Source: Clostridiales bacterium DTU072 (GTDB lineage Bacteria; Bacillota; Clostridia; Christensenellales; DTU072). From it: a stretch of DNA of 64,000 nucleotides. Shown piece by piece: positions 59,091 through 64,000 of this stretch. Position numbers and translations under genes: made by a program. Numbering within the stretch: the first letter of the stretch is position 1; every line of letters begins with the position of its first letter. The notes beneath the pieces were generated by a model. It searched no databases and had not been told where the DNA came from. It saw only the letters and a list, made by a program, of their open reading frames with translations. The stretch lies in assembly GCA_001512685.1 (NCBI GenBank), contig LFSG01000054.1, positions 44,310-108,309 of the forward strand, read 5' to 3'.

Positions 59091-62000
59091 TTAAAAAGGC
59101 AAAAATCGTTGACAAATATTGGCTTTTTCCGCTTTGGAAGCTTTAAGCAAGAACTCCAGCGTCATTTTAAGCCTTGCCGTTTGGTCCAAATCTTTATTCC
59201 TGAAAATAATCTGCGGAGGACTCAGCGGCAACAGCGCCACCCTGTCTTTCATACTGCTTAACGCATCAAAAAGCTCCCGATTTTGCAGGCAGGAATCGTC
59301 ATAAAAATATAACGCCCCGCCTTTTTTGCCCACCGTTACTTTGCGTATTTGCAAACTTTGCGCCAAGTTCTTTATTATCCCCGTTGCGATAATGTCATAA
59401 ACCGATTGAGGAGGCTCTTTGTAATCTCTTTTAAGCTCGGCGATAAACTCTTTGGCTTGACTCATGCTTGAAAGCGCGGACACCTTTTTATAAAATTTCA
59501 ACCTTTCTTGAGGCGAACTTATATACTCTTCGGGCAAGGTATGATCGCCCTCGATATTTAGCTCGATTTCTTTCTTTTCCGTTATCGTTTTCCCTTGAGC
59601 TTCCTCAATCGCCTCTTTTATCATGCGGCAATACATGTCATAGCCCACTTTTTCCATATGTCCGGATTGCTCCCTGCCCAATACATTGCCCGCTCCCCTT
59701 ATGTCCAAGTCCCTCAGCGCCACCTTAAAGCCGCTGCCCAAATCGGTATACTCCATTAAAGCTTCCAATCTTTTGGCAGCGTTTTCGGTAAGCGCTTTCC
59801 CTTCCCTTACGGTAAAGTACGCGTAAGCGGGAACATCGCTTCTTCCTACCCTGCCCCTCAGCTGATACAGCTGGCTTAATCCGAAATTATCGGCGTCAAT
59901 GACAATAAGCGTGTTGGCGAAGGGAAGGTCTATGCCGTTTTCGATTATCGAGGTGGACACCATAACCGACGCTTTCCGCTCATAAAACAGCCTGATTCTG
60001 TCTTCCAGCTCGGCGCTTTTCATTTGACCGTGAGCGTATATTATTTCGGCTTCGTTGCCCAATAAATTTACCACATGCTTATAAAAAGCCTCTATGGTGG
60101 ACACTTTATTATAAAGTATGAACACTTGTCCATTTCTTGCCAATTCTCTTCTTACGGCGTCGGTAAGCAGGCTGTCGCTGTACTCGGTTACATAAGTTTC
60201 AATGGGCAGACGGTTCGCGGGCGGAGTTTCCAACACCGAAATGTCCCTTATCCCCGACAAAGACATATGAAGGGTGCGAGGAATGGGAGTGGCGGTAAGA
60301 CTTAACACATTTACATTGCTTCTCAAAGTTTTGATTTTTTCTTTATGCTCCACGCCAAACCTTTGTTCCTCATCAAGCACCAGCAACCCCAAATCGGCGA
60401 ATATAACATCCTTGCTTAACAATCTGTGAGTGCCCACAATAATATTTATTTCCCCGCTTTTTATTTTCTCCAAATTTTGCTTTATTTGAGCGGGCGGCAC
60501 AAATCTGGACATATGCGCTATCTTCAATTTGAAAGGATTGAGCCTTGCCGATATGGTATTGAAATGCTGCTGAGCAAGTATGGTGGTGGGCGCAAGCACC
60601 GCCGCTTGTTTGCCCTCGATAACGGTTTTGAATATCGCTCTGATTGCCACCTCCGTTTTGCCGTATCCCACATCGCCGCAAATCAGCCTGTCCATAATCT
60701 TTCCTTGTTCCATATCCTGTTTTATTTCGCTGATGGCTTTCAATTGATCCTCGGTTTCCTCAAACTCGAAGCTGTCCTCCAGCTCTTTTTGCCATACGGT
60801 ATCAGGAGCGTATTTATGACCTTTTTGCTTATGCCTTCTTTCATAAAGCTTAATAAGGTCTATCGTCATCTTTTTTATGGACTCTTTTGCTTTTTTCTTA
60901 ACTTTAGCGAATTCCGCCCCGCCCAAGCGATGCAAAACCGGCTTGTCCGCGCCGCTGTATTTCTCAAGCGTATCCAATTGCCCGGCGGGAAGATACAGCC
61001 TGTCGGCGTCTTTATACAGCACCACATAAAAATCCTTATAGCCTTCGGTGGTCTTAACCCTCTGCATGCCTTCGGATATGCCTATGCCGTGCTTCTCATG
61101 CACTACATAATCGCCTTTTTGGGGCAGTACGAAATCGCTTCTTTTTACGCTTCTTGAGGCTTCCCTTTTGCGCTCGATGTCTTCATTGCCTATAACAACC
61201 AGCTTGTCCGCGTTATAAACAAAGCCGGAAGGGATATCCCCCGCTAACACATTTACTTCGCCTTCTTTGTCCCCGTAATTAAATTTTTTAGCGCCGATAT
61301 AATTGTGCTGCAGGTTTTTGATAAAAGCTTCATGATTGTATTTTTTGGTATAAATAAATATTTTGGCGCCATTTGCGGCATAACTTTTAATATCGTCAAT
61401 CAATTGGTTGAAATTGTTGAAATACTTGGGAACGGATTGGCTTCTTATCGTAAAAATTTCTTGAGGCTCAAAGACGGGATTGGCGGAAGTTATGGCGGAA
61501 AAACCAAGCTTGGTAAAGCTTTTGATTTTTTCATAAATTTCTTTGACTGAAATAATGGCGTCATAATGGCGGCTGCTGGCTTCCCCGCTTTCAATGAAAT
61601 TCTTCACCCTTATTCCGTGGGCGTTTTGCATAAGCTTTAATTTGTCGTCCACGCTTCTTAAATCGTCAAAAACTATTACGCTGCTTGGAGGCAAGTAATC
61701 GAATATGCTTTCAAAGTTTTCCGACATAAAAGGTATCAGCCAAACAAGAGAGGGGTCGTTGGGATTGTTTTTGAATCTTTGGGCGGTGTTCCCAAGCGTT
61801 TCGCTCAACCTTATGCCCGCGTTTTTTCTGGCGCGTTCGATATTGGCGAGAATTTTTTTTATATGTTCTGGATTGATTAAAATATCGCTGGCGGGAATAA
61901 CGGTCAATTTATCAAGCTTTTCGGTTACCTTAAAGCTTTCAAGGTCGTACCTCCTGATAGCCTCGATTGCGCCGTCAAAAAATTCCAGTCGGCAGGGCTG

Positions 62001-62552
62001 TTCGTTATCGTAAGCGTAGACATTCAATATATCCCCCTTAAGCGAAAACTCCCCCCTGTCTTCCACCCTTTCCACTCTTTTATAACCCGCTTGGACAAGC
62101 GCCGCCGCCGCTTCTTCAGGCTCTGCCTTGCCTCCCGTTTCATAAACTTTGACTGCGTCAAGAAAATTTTGTTTTTGGGGATAATACTGCTGCAAACCTT
62201 CCGCCGATATCACCGCGCCCTTTATTTTTCCCTCGATAATGTCCCAAAGCGCTTTCAACCTTTCGCCCAAGGAAAAAACATTGACATTATAGCTGTTTAT
62301 CAAGGCGTTTTCCCGTTCAAAAATAATGGGGATGTCGCTCCCCGTATAGGCTGACAAAAGTTTTTGCGCCCTTCTTGCGGACAGCCTGTCCGGGGTTACA
62401 TACAAAAAAAAGCTTTCAATACAAGAGGTTATATGATAACGGCAATTCTCCACGGCATAAAACACCGCGCATGAGCGCTTATTTTTTATCGCGTTGTCTA
62501 TTTTGCTCAGCGACGGCGTTTTATCCAATGAAAAATAATCTTTGAATTTCAT
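59091..62552 (-). CDS. mfd: Transcription-repair coupling factor
   Basis: 1153 aa with helicase motifs GDVGYGKTEVA, LLVLDEEQRFG and QLRGRVGRS, and an upstream RNAP-interaction region. Confidence 0.96.
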   Translation of the reverse strand: MKFKDYFSLDKTPSLSKIDNAIKNKRSCAVFYAVENCRYHITSCIESFFLYVTPDRLSARRAQKLLSAYTGSDIPIIFERENALINSYNVNVFSLGERLKALWDIIEGKIKGAVISAEGLQQYYPQKQNFLDAVKVYETGGKAEPEEAAAALVQAGYKRVERVEDRGEFSLKGDILNVYAYDNEQPCRLEFFDGAIEAIRRYDLESFKVTEKLDKLTVIPASDILINPEHIKKILANIERARKNAGIRLSETLGNTAQRFKNNPNDPSLVWLIPFMSENFESIFDYLPPSSVIVFDDLRSVDDKLKLMQNAHGIRVKNFIESGEASSRHYDAIISVKEIYEKIKSFTKLGFSAITSANPVFEPQEIFTIRSQSVPKYFNNFNQLIDDIKSYAANGAKIFIYTKKYNHEAFIKNLQHNYIGAKKFNYGDKEGEVNVLAGDIPSGFVYNADKLVVIGNEDIERKREASRSVKRSDFVLPQKGDYVVHEKHGIGISEGMQRVKTTEGYKDFYVVLYKDADRLYLPAGQLDTLEKYSGADKPVLHRLGGAEFAKVKKKAKESIKKMTIDLIKLYERRHKQKGHKYAPDTVWQKELEDSFEFEETEDQLKAISEIKQDMEQGKIMDRLICGDVGYGKTEVAIRAIFKTVIEGKQAAVLAPTTILAQQHFNTISARLNPFKLKIAHMSRFVPPAQIKQNLEKIKSGEINIIVGTHRLLSKDVIFADLGLLVLDEEQRFGVEHKEKIKTLRSNVNVLSLTATPIPRTLHMSLSGIRDISVLETPPANRLPIETYVTEYSDSLLTDAVRRELARNGQVFILYNKVSTIEAFYKHVVNLLGNEAEIIYAHGQMKSAELEDRIRLFYERKASVMVSTSIIENGIDLPFANTLIVIDADNFGLSQLYQLRGRVGRSDVPAYAYFTVREGKALTENAAKRLEALMEYTDLGSGFKVALRDLDIRGAGNVLGREQSGHMEKVGYDMYCRMIKEAIEEAQGKTITEKKEIELNIEGDHTLPEEYISSPQERLKFYKKVSALSSMSQAKEFIAELKRDYKEPPQSVYDIIATGIIKNLAQSLQIRKVTVGKKGGALYFYDDSCLQNRELFDALSSMKDRVALLPLSPPQIIFRNKDLDQTARLKMTLEFLLKASKAEKANICQRFLPF

Positions 62553-63166
62553 TTATTTTCCTTGCTGTTAAGCTCCCTCATAAGTCTTTCGTAGTCTTTA
62601 TGCCCAACATAATCTTTCACGCTGCGGGCTACTTTCTTAAAACATTCTTCAAAACGGGATTGGTCTTCTTTTTTTACGGCGCTCAGCACATAATCCTTTA
62701 TGTCTCCTTCTTCTTTGCCGATGCCTATTCGTATTCTTTTAAAATCATCCCGTCCCAGCGTTTCCACTATGTTTTTCATGCCTTTATGCGCGCCCGCCGA
62801 GCCCCCCTGCCTTGCCCTCAAAGCAAACCTTGTCAAATCGGCGTCATCATAGACCACAATCAAATCCTCTATGCCCGCGTCATATTTGCGCAATAAGCTT
62901 TTTACGGCTTGTCCGCTCAAATTCATATAAGTAATGGGCTTGGCGAGAATCACTCTGACGCCGCCATCGTTAACCGCCGCCGTCAAAGACGAGCATTCCG
63001 CCCTCTTGACTTTGACGCCGTACAGCAAACTGAGCGCGTCTATCGCGCCGTAGCCCATATTGTGATAAGTCTTTTCATACTTTTCTCCGGGATTTCCCAG
63101 CCCTGCTATTATGAGCGTTCTTTTTTTCTCCTTTGGGCGAAAAAGTTTTTTAACATCAAAGCGCAT
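62549..63166 (-). CDS. pth: Peptidyl-tRNA hydrolase
   Basis: 205 aa with LIIAGLGNPGEKYEKTYHNMGY and HKGMKNI. RBS GGAGGAAG lies inside the tadA 3' end. Confidence 0.93.
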   Translation of the reverse strand: MRFDVKKLFRPKEKKRTLIIAGLGNPGEKYEKTYHNMGYGAIDALSLLYGVKVKRAECSSLTAAVNDGGVRVILAKPITYMNLSGQAVKSLLRKYDAGIEDLIVVYDDADLTRFALRARQGGSAGAHKGMKNIVETLGRDDFKRIRIGIGKEEGDIKDYVLSAVKKEDQSRFEECFKKVARSVKDYVGHKDYERLMRELNSKENK

Positions 63167-63552
63167 TCTTCCTCCAATATTCCCCCCGCAACCTCCACTC
63201 TGTGATTAAATCTTTTATCCGTCAAAAGATTATACAAAGAGCCCGCGCAACCCGTTTTAGGCTCCCAAGCGCCAAAATACAGCCTTTTTATTCTGTAATT
63301 GAGCATGGCGCCGGCGCACATCGCGCAAGGCTCAAGCGTTACATATACTTCGCATCCGTCAAGATATTTTTGTCCAAGCTTTTTGCATGCCTTGTTCATG
63401 GCCAGTATTTCGGCATGGTTAAGGGAATTTTTTGTTTTTTCTTTTTTATTGTGGGCCTTGGCTATTATTTTGCCGTTCAGCGCCACCACCGCTCCCACGG
63501 GTATTTCCTCTTTGCCTTCAGCTTTTCGGGCCTGCTTTATGGCTTCCCTCAT
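63109..63552 (-). CDS. tadA: tRNA adenosine(34) deaminase
   Basis: CDA motifs HAEILAM and TLEPCAMCAGA. Start set to ATG at 63552 (MREAIKQA) after AGGAAG; the track uses TTG at 63567. Confidence 0.9.
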   Translation of the reverse strand: MREAIKQARKAEGKEEIPVGAVVALNGKIIAKAHNKKEKTKNSLNHAEILAMNKACKKLGQKYLDGCEVYVTLEPCAMCAGAMLNYRIKRLYFGAWEPKTGCAGSLYNLLTDKRFNHRVEVAGGILEEECALMLKNFFAQRRKKERS

Positions 63553-64000
63553 AAACTCTTCCTGCAATTTTTTCTCCTATATCGCAAAACAGCTCCAGGC
63601 TGCCTTTATGTTTTTTCAATAATGCGGACAGCTCTTCCATGGGATAAGGATGCTCAAATCTGTCTTTCCCCACTTCGATTGTCAAAGCGTATCCTTTAAG
63701 TTGTTTGACCACATAGTCCTTAAGTCCGCCCGCCGAATTGTCGCTGGTCTTGAGCCGATATCCCAAAAAATCCGCCACCCTTAAAGAATGCTCTTTATAT
63801 CTCAAATCGTCGCCGTAGCCGTAAAATATTTCTTCTCCCTTGCTGTGATAAGCGACAACCATATTATAATTATTTTTTCGCAAAAGTTCAACCGCGGCTT
63901 TGGTCTCGTTTTCGCTTTCGGGATAAGGCCCTATATAATTTTCGCTGCCCGGCGTTTTGGTGTTGAGCTCTCCCTTGCCCCAATCGGCGTCAAAGTTAAC
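63518..64000 (-). CDS. M14-family zinc carboxypeptidase (gamma-D-glutamyl-meso-DAP peptidase-like), 5' end outside window
   Basis: The frame stays open to the window edge. Manual translation gives VNFDADWGKGELNTKTPGSENYIGPYPESENETKAAVELL..., continuing into the track ORF (AYHSKGEEIFYGY...GYALTIEVG), an M14 pattern. Confidence 0.65.
   Translation of the reverse strand, partial: VNFDADWGKGELNTKTPGSENYIGPYPESENETKAAVELLRKNNYNMVVAYHSKGEEIFYGYGDDLRYKEHSLRVADFLGYRLKTSDNSAGGLKDYVVKQLKGYALTIEVGKDRFEHPYPMEELSALLKKHKGSLELFCDIGEKIAGRVYEGSHKAGPKS

Noticed and set aside
1-64000. Search for tRNA, rRNA, CRISPR arrays, IS elements and long direct or inverted repeats.
   Set aside because: Intergenic regions are short and AT-rich and hold only promoters, leaders and terminators. 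I saw no cloverleaf-compatible segment, no regularly spaced repeats and no transposase-like ORF. The only DNA-level repetition is the roughly 60-nt block encoding the cassette motif.

Overview
The window is a core, highly expressed chromosomal region of a low-GC (about 40%) Gram-positive-type bacterium. Gene content suggests Bacillota/Clostridia (QueH, DUF1540, AddAB, RecD2/YrrC, ComFC, an L7Ae-like gene before rpsL), but this taxonomy is inferred from content only. About 48 of 56 genes are on the minus strand. Recognisable blocks, by coordinate: a CapD-like dehydratase and mtnN; a surface protein with an ABC exporter; queH; argC-argB-GNAT; tuf-fusA-rpsG-rpsL-L7Ae (str operon); comFC-recD2-metK-rpoC-rpoB; an S4 protein with ispDF; rplI; rplL-rplJ-rplA-rplK-nusG-secE-rpmG; acpP; glnS; a GPH transporter; corA; addA-addB; mfd-pth-tadA. 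I found no rRNA, tRNA, CRISPR array, IS element or prophage. The most interesting region is 36711-43095, an eight-gene minus-strand cassette with its own near-consensus promoter and terminator, lying between glnS and acpP/rpmG. It encodes five paralogous 4-TM membrane proteins and three small (70-117 aa) soluble proteins. These share a roughly 20-25 aa peptide motif (consensus about IQL[TSP]PI[VI]QPIAFVPYSTQxQPLL[QY]) that occurs either fused N-terminally to the 4-TM domain or as a stand-alone gene. I recognise no characterised family or enzymatic domain in it. Secondary observations: a 117-aa polyacidic tail on RpoB; an IspDF fusion with Tyr in place of a Zn-ligand His; a deoxyinosine glycosylase gene with an in-frame TAA; an unclassified terminator/antiterminator leader before corA; a possible short NAGS after argB; an AddB without its N-terminal P-loop; metK fused transcriptionally behind rpoC with no room for an S-box. 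No database search or structure prediction was possible. All family calls come from reading the translated ORFs and the sequence directly.
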